Shown here: in pieces, positions 1 through 8,822 of the stretch | Position numbering within the stretch: the stretch's first letter is position 1 | How the letters are laid out: every line of letters starts with the position of its first letter | DNA from: a bacterium | GTDB taxonomy: Bacteria; Patescibacteriota; Minisyncoccia; UBA6257; JAGOQP01 | Length of the DNA stretch: 56,359 nt | Reading direction: 5' to 3' | Assembly: GCA_021812345.1 (NCBI GenBank) | Contig: JAKANP010000005.1 | Span: 1 to 56,359, forward strand | Notes under the pieces: model-generated | What the model was told of the DNA's origin: nothing | Seen by the model: only the letters and a program-made list of their open reading frames with translations | Databases searched by the model: none | Position numbers and translations under genes: made by a program

Positions 1-369
1 CCTCTCGTCTCCATTGCAGTGTCCGTGTTTCTGCTCAAGGAAGTGTACGAAATATTGTCCGAGTCGGTCCGTATGCTTCTGGACTCAGTGCCGGACGATC
101 TTGATTTTGAGGAAATCAAAGATGCTCTGAAAAAATTTGACGGCGTGACGAACATCAATGATTTACATATCTGGCAGACAGGATCTCACGACCGCTTTCT
201 AAGCGCTCACATGATCACAGGAGAGATGTCAGCGACGGAAAGAGTAAAAATTTTGGCTAAAGTTATGGTTTTACTCAAAGAAAAATACAACATCCGCCAC
301 CCAACCATCCAGATGGTATCGGCACGGGAAATAAAAGAGATTGGATTGGAATGCGAGCATTGCAATTAA
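1..369 (+). CDS. Cation diffusion facilitator (CDF) transporter, C-terminal part (5'-truncated by window)
   Basis: ILSESVRMLLDSVP...DLHIW...LSAH...HPTIQ is typical of the CzcD/ZitB C-terminal domain; the frame is open from the window edge. Confidence 0.85.
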   Translation, partial: PLVSIAVSVFLLKEVYEILSESVRMLLDSVPDDLDFEEIKDALKKFDGVTNINDLHIWQTGSHDRFLSAHMITGEMSATERVKILAKVMVLLKEKYNIRHPTIQMVSAREIKEIGLECEHCN

Positions 370-384
370 AATAAATTTAAAAAT

Positions 385-1167
385 ATGACACCAATACTTT
401 CATTTTTCATAACTGCTATCATCGTCGGTTTCGTAACCGCCGGACTCAAAATCCAGTTCGACCGTTTCTTTGCCATTATTCTGCTCATTTCATTCATGGG
501 TTTGCCTGTATTCGGGGCAATCAATACGTTCCTGTGGATCATGTTCTTGAGTGCAACGTGGGTACTGCTCCGAAACAGAGAAAAAATAAAAAGTATGCCG
601 ATGGCGAACAAAAAGAATTTTTTGACCATAGTTCCAATGTTGGCTTTTATCGGTGTGTTTTTGGGAACGCTGGTTTTTGCCATAATCCCTGCTCGTGTTT
701 TGATAATAACCATCGGTGTACTGGCACTACTTTACGGCTTACGGCTTATCTTCGTTCATTTCAAACCGCACGAATTCGAGTATAAAAACGAAAAGCCGAT
801 CTACCAAAAAATCTGCGGTCTATTCGGTCCGGTGGTCAGCGGTTTCTTTGTTGGTCTGGTGGGTACTTCACTCAAACCACTCAAAATTCCTTTTGCTGTA
901 AGAACCGGTAAAATGAATTTGAATCAGGTCTATCTTGGCAACACGATCACAGCCTTCTTCGCATCGCTATTTGCCATTATCCTGCATAGTTTCTATCTTG
1001 GGCAGAATGAAATGACGGGTGAATATGCTTTTTTAGGATCAGGCCTGTGGCTTGCTATCCATATCTCCTACGTCATCACCGACAACTTCTTTAAAGATAG
1101 CTGGCGCAAACCGTTCCAGATTGCAATCGGGATAATTTTGGTCATTGTCGCGTTTAAGTTTTTATAG
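385..1167 (+). CDS. Sulfite exporter TauE/SafE-like membrane protein
   Basis: 260 aa, about 8 hydrophobic segments, VSGFFVGLVG motif in the second half. Confidence 0.55.
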   Translation: MTPILSFFITAIIVGFVTAGLKIQFDRFFAIILLISFMGLPVFGAINTFLWIMFLSATWVLLRNREKIKSMPMANKKNFLTIVPMLAFIGVFLGTLVFAIIPARVLIITIGVLALLYGLRLIFVHFKPHEFEYKNEKPIYQKICGLFGPVVSGFFVGLVGTSLKPLKIPFAVRTGKMNLNQVYLGNTITAFFASLFAIILHSFYLGQNEMTGEYAFLGSGLWLAIHISYVITDNFFKDSWRKPFQIAIGIILVIVAFKFL

Positions 1168-1170
1168 ATT

Positions 1171-2373
1171 ATGAAAAGACCTACATTATCAGAGCTTCTT
1201 AAAACCACAGCATACATCGGCCTTGTCGGCTACGGGGGTCCGGCGATTTTGGCTTTGATGAAAAAGACCTTCGTACATAAAAAAGAATGGATTTCGGAAA
1301 AGGAATTCATGAATGCCTTGAGTTTGGCGCAGGTTTTGCCCGGCGCAACCGGCGTCTCGGTCATGGGTTATATTGGGTTTAAACTCAAGAAACTGTGGGG
1401 TGCTATCTTAGCACCACTTTTCTATATTCTACCCGCCACGATTTTTATGATCGTCTTGTCGTGGGCGTATTTTACCTATGGCAATTTATCTTTTGTTAAG
1501 GCATTGTTTGCCGGTTTAGGATCGCTTGTCGTCGCCTTGCTTGTGAATGCGACACTGATTCTGGGAAAGTCCGTGTTCAAGAAAATAGACAGAAAAGATA
1601 TCAAGGGGTTGGCTATAAGTGCGGTAGCGTTTATCGGAATTTATTTTCTTAAAATAAACATTGTTTGTATTATCTTTTCGGCCGGTGCCTTAGGATTTTT
1701 ATTTTATTATTTCACCAGAGAATTTAAAGACGAAAAAGCCGATAAAGGTGATGTTTTACTAGCCGAACCGGAAACGCTCAAGCGCGAACATCTATTTGCC
1801 AAAGATTTCATTCCTGTTATCTTGGTAGCCTTAATATTTTTAGCAGGTTTGTTTCTACCGACCACAAAAAACATCATCACGACTTTTCTGGGGATAGGTG
1901 CGCTGGCTTTTGGCGGAGGATTTACGACGATTCCTCTCATCCAGCATCAAGTGGTTGATATACATGGCTGGCTTTCGGGCAAGCAGTTTGTTGACGGTAT
2001 CGCTCTGGGTCAGATCACGCCGGGGCCGGTGTTCATTACCGCCACATTCATTGGCTATCACGTGACAGCAATCCTCGGGGCACTATTTGCGACTCTTGCA
2101 ATTTTCGCACCGTCCTTGATCGCCATGATCGCACTGGCCGGTATCCACGGACGAGTCCAAAATCTGAAGATAGTCAAAGTCATAGTGAAAGGATTTCTAT
2201 CAGGCTTCATCGGCTTGCTCGTTGCTGTGACTTTACAATTCGCCTTCAAATCGCTCATAAGCTGGCAGGCGTGGTTTATTTTCGCGCTCTCGATTATCTG
2301 GCTTCTGATTTTGAAAAAGGATTCGGTCTGGGCGATATTGGGAACGATTTTATTATCATTAATTTTATTTTAA
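1171..2373 (+). CDS. chrA: Chromate efflux transporter (CHR family, long chain)
   Basis: Two repeats: GYGG...ALSLAQVLPGA and AFGGG...GIALGQITPGPV. Confidence 0.9.
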   Translation: MKRPTLSELLKTTAYIGLVGYGGPAILALMKKTFVHKKEWISEKEFMNALSLAQVLPGATGVSVMGYIGFKLKKLWGAILAPLFYILPATIFMIVLSWAYFTYGNLSFVKALFAGLGSLVVALLVNATLILGKSVFKKIDRKDIKGLAISAVAFIGIYFLKINIVCIIFSAGALGFLFYYFTREFKDEKADKGDVLLAEPETLKREHLFAKDFIPVILVALIFLAGLFLPTTKNIITTFLGIGALAFGGGFTTIPLIQHQVVDIHGWLSGKQFVDGIALGQITPGPVFITATFIGYHVTAILGALFATLAIFAPSLIAMIALAGIHGRVQNLKIVKVIVKGFLSGFIGLLVAVTLQFAFKSLISWQAWFIFALSIIWLLILKKDSVWAILGTILLSLILF

Positions 2374-2378
2374 AGACT

Positions 2379-3344
2379 ATGAGCATATTTTATCCTATTC
2401 AACTGCTCGCAGATTGGCTAACATATTCCGTTTTCGATATTGCCAAGCAGTCTCTTTTGGCCAGTGCAGTAAATTTTTTCATATTCGACACCATCAAAAT
2501 ATTAATTCTCCTTTCGGTTATTATTTTTGCCGTCTCAGTTATTCGTTCGTTCCTGCCTCCGGAGAAGATTCGTTTCATCCTTTCGCACAAAAACAAATAC
2601 ACCGGTAACGTTGTTGCCTCATTGCTTGGCATTATCACACCGTTTTGCTCTTGTTCGGCCATTCCTTTATTTTTGGGCTTCGTGCAGGCTGGTGTACCGT
2701 TAGGAACAACCTTCTCTTTTTTGGTGGCCTCTCCCATGATCAACGAGGTGGCCTTGGTCTTACTCTTAGGAATGTTTGGTTGGAAGATTGCTCTTATTTA
2801 CATCGTGAGCGGTTTGGTCATTGCTATTCTTTCCGGCATTATCATTGGCAAAATGAAAATGGAAAATCTTGTAGAGTCCTTTGTTTACGAAAGTTCCATC
2901 AACGCCAAAACCGACCTGCCTAGTATGACTTGGTCGGACCGGTTTGCATACGCCCGGGATTATACCTGGGATATCATCAAGAAGGTTTGGATATACGTCA
3001 TTATCGGCATTGGTGTCGGTGCGTGGATACACGGTTATGTACCGGCTGATTTTCTTGCCCAATATGCTGGATCGGGAAAATGGTATGCCGTACCCTTGGC
3101 AGTGCTTATCGGCATTCCGTTGTATTCCAATGCCGCCGGCATCATTCCTTTGGTCGGGGCTTTAACCGAGAAAGGCGTGGCTATGGGCACAACGCTTGCC
3201 TTTATGATGGCCGTCACCGCTCTGTCTTTGCCGGAGTTTATGATCCTGAAGCGAGTCATGAAGACGAGGCTTATCCTGATTTTTGCTGGGATTGTTGGGG
3301 TTGGGATTATGTTTACGGGATATCTATTCAACTGGATTCTCTAA
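2379..3344 (+). CDS. ArsP/DUF318 permease
   Basis: ITPFCSCSAIPLF, FSFLVASPMINE, GIPLYSNAAG and ALSLPEF motifs; ATG at 2379 preferred over the overlapping GTG at 2271. Confidence 0.85.
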   Translation: MSIFYPIQLLADWLTYSVFDIAKQSLLASAVNFFIFDTIKILILLSVIIFAVSVIRSFLPPEKIRFILSHKNKYTGNVVASLLGIITPFCSCSAIPLFLGFVQAGVPLGTTFSFLVASPMINEVALVLLLGMFGWKIALIYIVSGLVIAILSGIIIGKMKMENLVESFVYESSINAKTDLPSMTWSDRFAYARDYTWDIIKKVWIYVIIGIGVGAWIHGYVPADFLAQYAGSGKWYAVPLAVLIGIPLYSNAAGIIPLVGALTEKGVAMGTTLAFMMAVTALSLPEFMILKRVMKTRLILIFAGIVGVGIMFTGYLFNWIL

Positions 3345-3348
3345 TTTT

Positions 3349-3660
3349 TCAGTCAATTATTTTAAATCGACGTATTTCCTTATGCGCCGTCTCCATGTCA
3401 TCCAGCACTTTTTGGTAGATCGTTTTGGTCTTTTCTGATTTCGGGTTCTCCTCGGCAAATATGATATCGTCATCGTCTACAAAACCGGCTAGTGAGATAT
3501 AAGCACCAGCCAGAAGTCGAATACGTTCCTTGATCGCCTGTTTGATTTTGGTTTTAGGTTCCGGAAGCGAGGATAGCGGATTCATTGATCCGCGCTGATG
3601 TGGCAATCGTACATTTTTTGCGTCCCGGAGGACGGCTTCAATGTCCTCGTCCATAGGCAA
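3349..3660 (-). CDS. Hypothetical protein
   Basis: 103-aa ORF with natural composition, convergent with the permease. Confidence 0.6.
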   Translation of the reverse strand: MPMDEDIEAVLRDAKNVRLPHQRGSMNPLSSLPEPKTKIKQAIKERIRLLAGAYISLAGFVDDDDIIFAEENPKSEKTKTIYQKVLDDMETAHKEIRRFKIID

Positions 3661-4132
3661 GCAAGAACATACGCTTGCCCTCGGGACAAGTCCAGCGGTC
3701 AGTTTTATTTTCTTACCGGGTTGATAATAAAATCGGAAGCCCTTTGTTTATAAGGCATTTCGGCAGTTTATTTTCTTGGGAGTCATATTTGCTTAACTTA
3801 AGCAAATCGTTTTACGCTCTCAATTTTGGTCAACGTGCTGGGTCGGGGTCGCAAATGGTTCAACGGTCGGCTTCAGGTACAAAGATTGCCCCAAGGGCAA
3901 ACACGTGACAGAAATTGGGGCGTTTATTTGGGAGCCGATCAGGTCTGGAATAATCCGGATTTTTCTGATAAAATTCCAGTTGTAAAAGGTGGGTTCCATG
4001 TCTTTAGGCTAAAACGGTTGAAAAGTCTGGAATTATGCCCGCCTCCGGGAGGACGAGTTGTAAAAGGTCTTTAATCTCTCGGATATTTCGGAGAATTGAG
4101 TTCCAATTCAATTCTCCGTAGGGCACGGTTGG

Positions 4133-4438
4133 ATGATTATGAGTATGGAAAAAATCAAAGATTTAAAAGATAAATTTTCCGAAGAGTTGTGCCATGAAGG
4201 AAAATATTCTAATTGGTTGGAAATAAACGACGCCAAAGAATTGAAAGATAAAATTGAAAGTAAATTTCAAGGCGTTGAGGTTGATGTTGATTTGGAAATG
4301 CTTACCATAAAAACCGTCGACGGAAGAATGTTAAAAATTCATCGTTGGAAAAAAATTCCTTATGCTCCGGACGGTCAACGTGTTGTTTCTTATCATAGCA
4401 TTGAAGACGAGATAGAAAGATTTATAAAAGAAGAATAA
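4133..4438 (+). CDS. Hypothetical protein
   Basis: 101-aa charged ORF, non-overlapping. Confidence 0.65.
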   Translation: MIMSMEKIKDLKDKFSEELCHEGKYSNWLEINDAKELKDKIESKFQGVEVDVDLEMLTIKTVDGRMLKIHRWKKIPYAPDGQRVVSYHSIEDEIERFIKEE

Positions 4439-4477
4439 AATATATTATAATTTTATTAGTCAATTTGAGTAAATAAT

Positions 4478-4564
4478 GGAGAGGTGACTGAGTGGTCAAA
4501 GGTGCCTGACTCGAAATCAGGTGTGCGGGAAACTGCACCGTGGGTTCGAATCCCACCCTCTCCG
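4478..4564 (+). tRNA. tRNA-Ser(CGA)
   Basis: GGAGAGG/CCTCTCC acceptor, anticodon arm CCTGA-CT-CGA-AA-TCAGG, long variable arm, GGTTCGAATCC T-arm, G73. Confidence 0.95.
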
Positions 4565-4609
4565 CAATAAAACAAAAACTTCCGAAATGGAAGTTTTGTT
4601 TTATTGCGG
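4562..4609 (+). terminator. Long hairpin directly after tRNA-Ser
   Basis: CCGCAATAAAACAAAAACTTCC-GAAAT-GGAAGTTTTGTTTTATTGCGG. Confidence 0.6.
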
Positions 4610-4690
4610 TGTCTGTTTGAAAATATACGAACGGAACTGATGGGGGCTAACGATAACGGGCGTAACTCGCTTTGAATCGGGACGGAAAGG
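4606..4690 (+). repeat. Left arm of a perfect 85-bp inverted repeat
   Basis: GCGGTGTCTG...GACGGAAAGG is the exact reverse complement of 6036-6120. Confidence 0.95.
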
Positions 4691-4771
4691 CAAACTGCCA
4701 AAGAACCCGTCAAAAATGTCGGCTCGGACTTTATGGCTAAAAGCGGATTTTTATTGAAAAAGATAAATAAT

Positions 4772-4821
4772 TTTGATATCATAGAATTGAAGTTAATCTC
4801 TATACAAATAATGATATCAAA
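4772..4821. promoter_or_regulatory. Putative operator for the downstream HTH protein
   Basis: TTTGATATCAT (4772-4782) and ATGATATCAAA (4811-4821) form an inverted pair just upstream of the ATG at 4833. Confidence 0.45.
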
Positions 4822-4832
4822 GTATTGAAACT

Positions 4833-5030
4833 ATGGCAACAGTTGGCGAGAACATAAAAAGGGTACGCAATAAGCTCGGCTTGACCCAAGACGATTTAGT
4901 GAGAAAGTCTGGCGTAAAGCACACTACGCTCACCAAGATTGAGAGTGATGTTGTAATTAAGCCAAGTGTGCAAACGGTTGCAAATATCGCCAAGGCATTA
5001 GGCGTGCCAATGGAAGATTTATTAAAATAA
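4833..5030 (+). CDS. XRE/Cro-C1 helix-turn-helix regulator
   Basis: GENIKRVRNKLGLTQDDL...TLTKIE...PSVQTVANIAKALGVPMEDLL. Confidence 0.92.
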   Translation: MATVGENIKRVRNKLGLTQDDLVRKSGVKHTTLTKIESDVVIKPSVQTVANIAKALGVPMEDLLK

Positions 5031-5042
5031 TTTTAATAAAAT

Positions 5043-5492
5043 ATGGATAGTAAAAATTGGATTGGTGTTGGTATTGTAGTTGTCGTTTTAGTCGTAGGTG
5101 CCTATCTTGTTGGTCAAAGCTCAAACAATAAGTCACCAGTCGTTACTACTCCCACACCGATAAATAATACAACTACAGAGTCTGCGACAAATCCATATCC
5201 GACAGTTCAAACTCCAACACCTCAACCGTCATATACCGCTCCTAGTTATTATACGCCTATGACTTTTTCGACTGCTGTTGAAGCTCAGAGAAGTAGTTAT
5301 GTTAATGGTTGCACATCTTCGGGTGGAATGTGGGGTAAATGCAACTGCGCCTTTGACTATTTAATAAGTAATTATGGTCTTGTTTGGTTAATAAACGAAA
5401 ATGCTTACGTTAATGTTAATGGTGTAGCTTCTACCGAACTCCGTTCGGCGTCGTTAGATGCATATAAATACTGTTCGGTTTATAGCAATTAA
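5043..5492 (+). CDS. Membrane-anchored protein with a Pro/Thr linker and a Cys-containing C-terminal domain
   Basis: N-terminal TM helix, PT-rich stalk, YVNGC...CNCAFDY...C. Confidence 0.75.
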   Translation: MDSKNWIGVGIVVVVLVVGAYLVGQSSNNKSPVVTTPTPINNTTTESATNPYPTVQTPTPQPSYTAPSYYTPMTFSTAVEAQRSSYVNGCTSSGGMWGKCNCAFDYLISNYGLVWLINENAYVNVNGVASTELRSASLDAYKYCSVYSN

Positions 5493-5507
5493 CTCAAACA
5501 AACGTAC

Positions 5508-6029
5508 ATGAATAAAGAGGAACTCTCGGAGCTCATATTGTCCAATCCAAATGAAGCGTGGAGAAAAGTTCAAACTGGGGAAATTGATATTTCTCATGTG
5601 AATTTTAACGCTTTAAGGGCAAGGGCGAAGAATCAATTTCATATGACGGATCAACAAATCGAAGCAGTCGAATCTACTTACTGGGGTTCTTATTTAGTAG
5701 AGAGAAACATATCGGAAATGGTTTCTTCTATGGAAAAGGCACTTGGCAACACAGATATAGTTGACGATATGTTAGGTCGTTTAACTTTCGGAGATAAAAT
5801 CTCACTAATGAACGATAGATATAACAAAGGAGGACAACTTAAACCATTCATAAGTATGGCTTGGAAAGTTAATCAGTTAAGAAATGATATGGCACATGGT
5901 CGGTTTGGTAATCTCAAATACAACGGCATTGATTTATCCGATAGAAAAGGTCAATTTAAGTTCTTGATTGATTTAGTAACCGCCTTTATGGAATCGGCTA
6001 ACAACATTAAAACCCAAAATAAAAAATGA
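5508..6029 (+). CDS. Putative HEPN-domain protein (MtlR-like)
   Basis: LTFGDKI followed by the RxxxxH motif RNDMAH in a predicted helical protein. Confidence 0.6.
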   Translation: MNKEELSELILSNPNEAWRKVQTGEIDISHVNFNALRARAKNQFHMTDQQIEAVESTYWGSYLVERNISEMVSSMEKALGNTDIVDDMLGRLTFGDKISLMNDRYNKGGQLKPFISMAWKVNQLRNDMAHGRFGNLKYNGIDLSDRKGQFKFLIDLVTAFMESANNIKTQNKK

Positions 6030-6035
6030 AATCGT

Positions 6036-6120
6036 CCTTTCCGTCCCGATTCAAAGCGAGTTACGCCCGTTATCGTTAGCCCCCATCAGTTCCGTTCGTA
6101 TATTTTCAAACAGACACCGC
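6036..6120 (-). repeat. Right arm of the perfect 85-bp inverted repeat
   Basis: CCTTTCCGTC...CAGACACCGC. Confidence 0.95.
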
Positions 6121-6148
6121 CTTCGCTCGCCGAAGCGAGCTACGGCGG
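6117..6148. repeat. REP-like palindrome
   Basis: CCGCCTTCGCTCGCCGAAGCGAGCTACGGCGG; related to 48945-48973 and 52130-52160. Confidence 0.7.
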
Positions 6149-6186
6149 ACGCAGTCCGCAAGTAGTTCGCGAAGGAGAGAATAATT

Positions 6187-6423
6187 ATGTATACAGTTTA
6201 TATTTTAAAGTGTGATGATGGCGATCTATATACTGGTTGTACTGAAGACATTGATAATAGGTTAAACCGGCATAGTAGTGGACATGTTCCGGCTACTGCC
6301 GGGAGATTACCAGTTAAACTTATTGCTTATACAGTTTTTGAAAATAAATACAAAGCATTTGAATTTGAAAGATATTTAAAATCTGGTTCTGGTCGAGCAT
6401 TTATTAAAAAACATTTTTTATAG
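6187..6423 (+). CDS. Small stand-alone GIY-YIG nuclease
   Basis: VYILKC...YTGCT...RLNRH...FERYLKSGSGR. Confidence 0.92.
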   Translation: MYTVYILKCDDGDLYTGCTEDIDNRLNRHSSGHVPATAGRLPVKLIAYTVFENKYKAFEFERYLKSGSGRAFIKKHFL

Positions 6424-6481
6424 TGAGCGACGTGAGATTTTTACCCTCTCCGCAATAAAATAGAACCACAGCAAAAATTTT

Positions 6482-6841
6482 ATGAATTCAAAACAATCAA
6501 TCATCAAATCCAAGAAAAATATATCCACAACAAAGAAAAAAATCTCCGGAGGAGTGGCGCATGATTTACCCTCCGATTTAAAAAAATCTTTAGCTTCGGA
6601 TGCAAAAGCATTATCTGCGTGGGAAAATATCACGCCGCTTGCAAGAAATGAATGGATTTGCTGGACTATCTCTGTCCAAAAAATTGAAACAAGAAACGAA
6701 CATATCAAAAGAGTAATAAAAGAACTCAAAGAAGGCATGCGCCGGCCTTGTTGCTGGCCCGGATGTCCTCATCGCAGACCGAAAGCGGCAAAGTGGTTTA
6801 AATATTTGCCTGACGAATCCAATCGTAAAATAAAAAAATAA
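6482..6841 (+). CDS. YdeI/OmpD-associated family protein
   Basis: LPSDLKKSL...WENITPLARNEWICW...RPCCWPGC. Confidence 0.8.
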   Translation: MNSKQSIIKSKKNISTTKKKISGGVAHDLPSDLKKSLASDAKALSAWENITPLARNEWICWTISVQKIETRNEHIKRVIKELKEGMRRPCCWPGCPHRRPKAAKWFKYLPDESNRKIKK

Positions 6842-6911
6842 AGAACATCGCAATAAAAAATATTATCTGCGGTGTTTTTTTATCATTAATTTTATCTTAT
6901 AATCATAATAT

Positions 6912-8117
6912 ATGATTCAAAACAGCAATCAGCCCAAAAATCATGATGTTTTTTATGTGGGCTTATTAAGTTTTTTTGGAGGAATCGGACAGGATATTTT
7001 TGTACCGGTCTTGCCTCTCTATCTAACTCTGGTTTTGGGATTTGATAAAACTTTTGTTGGAACTACAGAAGGGCTCGTTTCCGCAAGTGCCGCCATATTT
7101 GCGGTTGTCGGAGGTTATTTTTCGGATAAGTGGAAAAAACAAAAATCTCTTATTTTTTCCGGATATTTACTTTCCATGATTTCCAGGTCATTGTTGGCTG
7201 TAATTACTTCAGGGTTGGGGGTAGTCGGTCTGCGCTTGGGGGATGGAATCGGTAAGGGAGTGAAAGATCCGCCCAAAGATGTTTTGGTTGCGGGAGATTC
7301 TAAAAAAACAAGAGGAAGAAGTTTTGGCATTGTCCGTATGTTGGACACGCTTGGTTCTGTTGTTGGGCCGTTAATTCTTTTTTTACTACTCTATTTTTTT
7401 AAAGACAACCCCCATGTTTATCATTATGTTTTGATTTTTTCTGCCGTTCCGCTGATTGCGACTTTGTACATTACTGCAGCCAAACTTAAAGATTATTCCT
7501 ATGTTCGGCCGAATCAGGAATTGGAGCACTCAAATAACAAGCTTTCCGGTAAACTTCCAAAATCTTTCTTTTTGTTTTTGGTGATATCTTTAGTTTTTAC
7601 TTTAGGGAACTCATCGGACGCTTTTTTGATTTTGAGAGCTCAAGGAGTTGGATTTTCCATAATATTGATTCCTATAGTTATAGCTTTGTTTAATTTGGTA
7701 TATGCCGGAGTATCGGTTCCGTTTGGAATTCTTTCGGATAAAATCGGAAGGGCTCCAACTCTTCTTATCGGTTGGGCGGTCTATGTCTTGACTTATTTTG
7801 GATTCGCTTATGTGCCTCATCCGGCGATGATTTGGGTTCTGTATGCTTTATACGGAGTATATTTTGGAGCAACGTGGGGAGTGGCGAAGGCATTTTTAGC
7901 TGATATTGTCGGTCAAGAATTTAGAGGGAGGGCATTCGGGATTTATGGAACCACCATCGGCGTGGCGACGTTTTTTGCCAGTTTAATTGCCGGTTTTTTG
8001 TGGGATAAGTTCGGAGCTCAAGCGCCATTTTATTTTGGCGCCGGGATGGCGGCTTTGGCGGCGCTACTTTTGGTTTCTTTTTCAAAAAAATTAAAATCGG
8101 TTCAACAGGAAATATAA
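6912..8117 (+). CDS. MFS transporter
   Basis: About 12 TM segments, GYFSDKW and GILSDKIGR motif-A copies. Confidence 0.9.
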   Translation: MIQNSNQPKNHDVFYVGLLSFFGGIGQDIFVPVLPLYLTLVLGFDKTFVGTTEGLVSASAAIFAVVGGYFSDKWKKQKSLIFSGYLLSMISRSLLAVITSGLGVVGLRLGDGIGKGVKDPPKDVLVAGDSKKTRGRSFGIVRMLDTLGSVVGPLILFLLLYFFKDNPHVYHYVLIFSAVPLIATLYITAAKLKDYSYVRPNQELEHSNNKLSGKLPKSFFLFLVISLVFTLGNSSDAFLILRAQGVGFSIILIPIVIALFNLVYAGVSVPFGILSDKIGRAPTLLIGWAVYVLTYFGFAYVPHPAMIWVLYALYGVYFGATWGVAKAFLADIVGQEFRGRAFGIYGTTIGVATFFASLIAGFLWDKFGAQAPFYFGAGMAALAALLLVSFSKKLKSVQQEI

Positions 8118-8120
8118 AAA

Positions 8121-8816
8121 ATGACTTTATTTTTACTTATTATTTGGGCGATTGTGATTTCTTTGATAACGTTAAGCGGAAGCTGGTATGTAAAAAAATA
8201 TCAAAAACCGGACCTTCTAATCGCCTTGTATGTGACATTTGTTGTCGTTGCTCAAATTTTAGCGGCAAAAATATCGGAATTTAATCTTGGATTTGCGGTA
8301 TTTTATGTTCCTTCGGGAGTGATTGTTTTTTCCGTAACTTATTTATTGACCGATATTATTAACGAAAGATTCGGACAAAAAGAAACCCACATGGCGATTT
8401 TCATCGCTTTTATCTCGCAGGTGGCGATGGTTATATTTTTGTGGATTGGAAATAAAATGACGCCCGCTCCATTTTGGAATTTACAGCAAACCTGGTCTTA
8501 TGTTTTTGATTTAATACCCAGAATAACTCTTGCCAGTTGGACAGCGTTTTTGATTTCGGAAAATTTTGACGCCATAGTTTATGCTTGGTTTAAAAAAATA
8601 ACCAAAGGAAAACATTTGTGGATGAGAAACTCTTTAAGTTCTTTGCCAGCTTTGTTTTTGGACAGCGTTATTTTTATATCAATAGCGTTTTGGGGAGTTG
8701 CGCCCGTACTGCCTCTTATTGTCGGACAAATTGTGATAAAATGGATTATCGGACTGATCGACATTCCGTTCATGTATGCCAACAGAAAAATTATGTCGAT
8801 TCAAAATGGAAAATAA
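8121..8816 (+). CDS. Queuosine precursor transporter (YhhQ/VUT family)
   Basis: QILAAKI, YLLTDIINERFG, RITLAS, HLWMRN, DSVIF motifs. Confidence 0.85.
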   Translation: MTLFLLIIWAIVISLITLSGSWYVKKYQKPDLLIALYVTFVVVAQILAAKISEFNLGFAVFYVPSGVIVFSVTYLLTDIINERFGQKETHMAIFIAFISQVAMVIFLWIGNKMTPAPFWNLQQTWSYVFDLIPRITLASWTAFLISENFDAIVYAWFKKITKGKHLWMRNSLSSLPALFLDSVIFISIAFWGVAPVLPLIVGQIVIKWIIGLIDIPFMYANRKIMSIQNGK

Positions 8817-8822
8817 AATTTT

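Larger units (their letters stand above)
4555..6460. mobile_element. Integrase-less mini-island at the tRNA-Ser 3' end
   Basis: 18-bp direct repeat ACCCTCTCCGCAATAAAA at 4555-4572 and 6443-6460. Confidence 0.75.

Noticed and set aside
2271-2378. N-terminal extension of the permease in the ORF track
   Set aside because: Overlaps chrA; the ATG at 2379 gives a normal family start
3675-4074. ORFs 3675-3908 and 3826-4074
   Set aside because: TTG starts, mutual overlap, no motifs; the region looks non-coding
4456-4782. 108-aa minus-strand ORF
   Set aside because: Antisense read-through of tRNA-Ser and the inverted repeat
4606-6120. Autonomous IS or composite transposon
   Set aside because: No DDE, HUH, serine or tyrosine recombinase motif inside or adjacent
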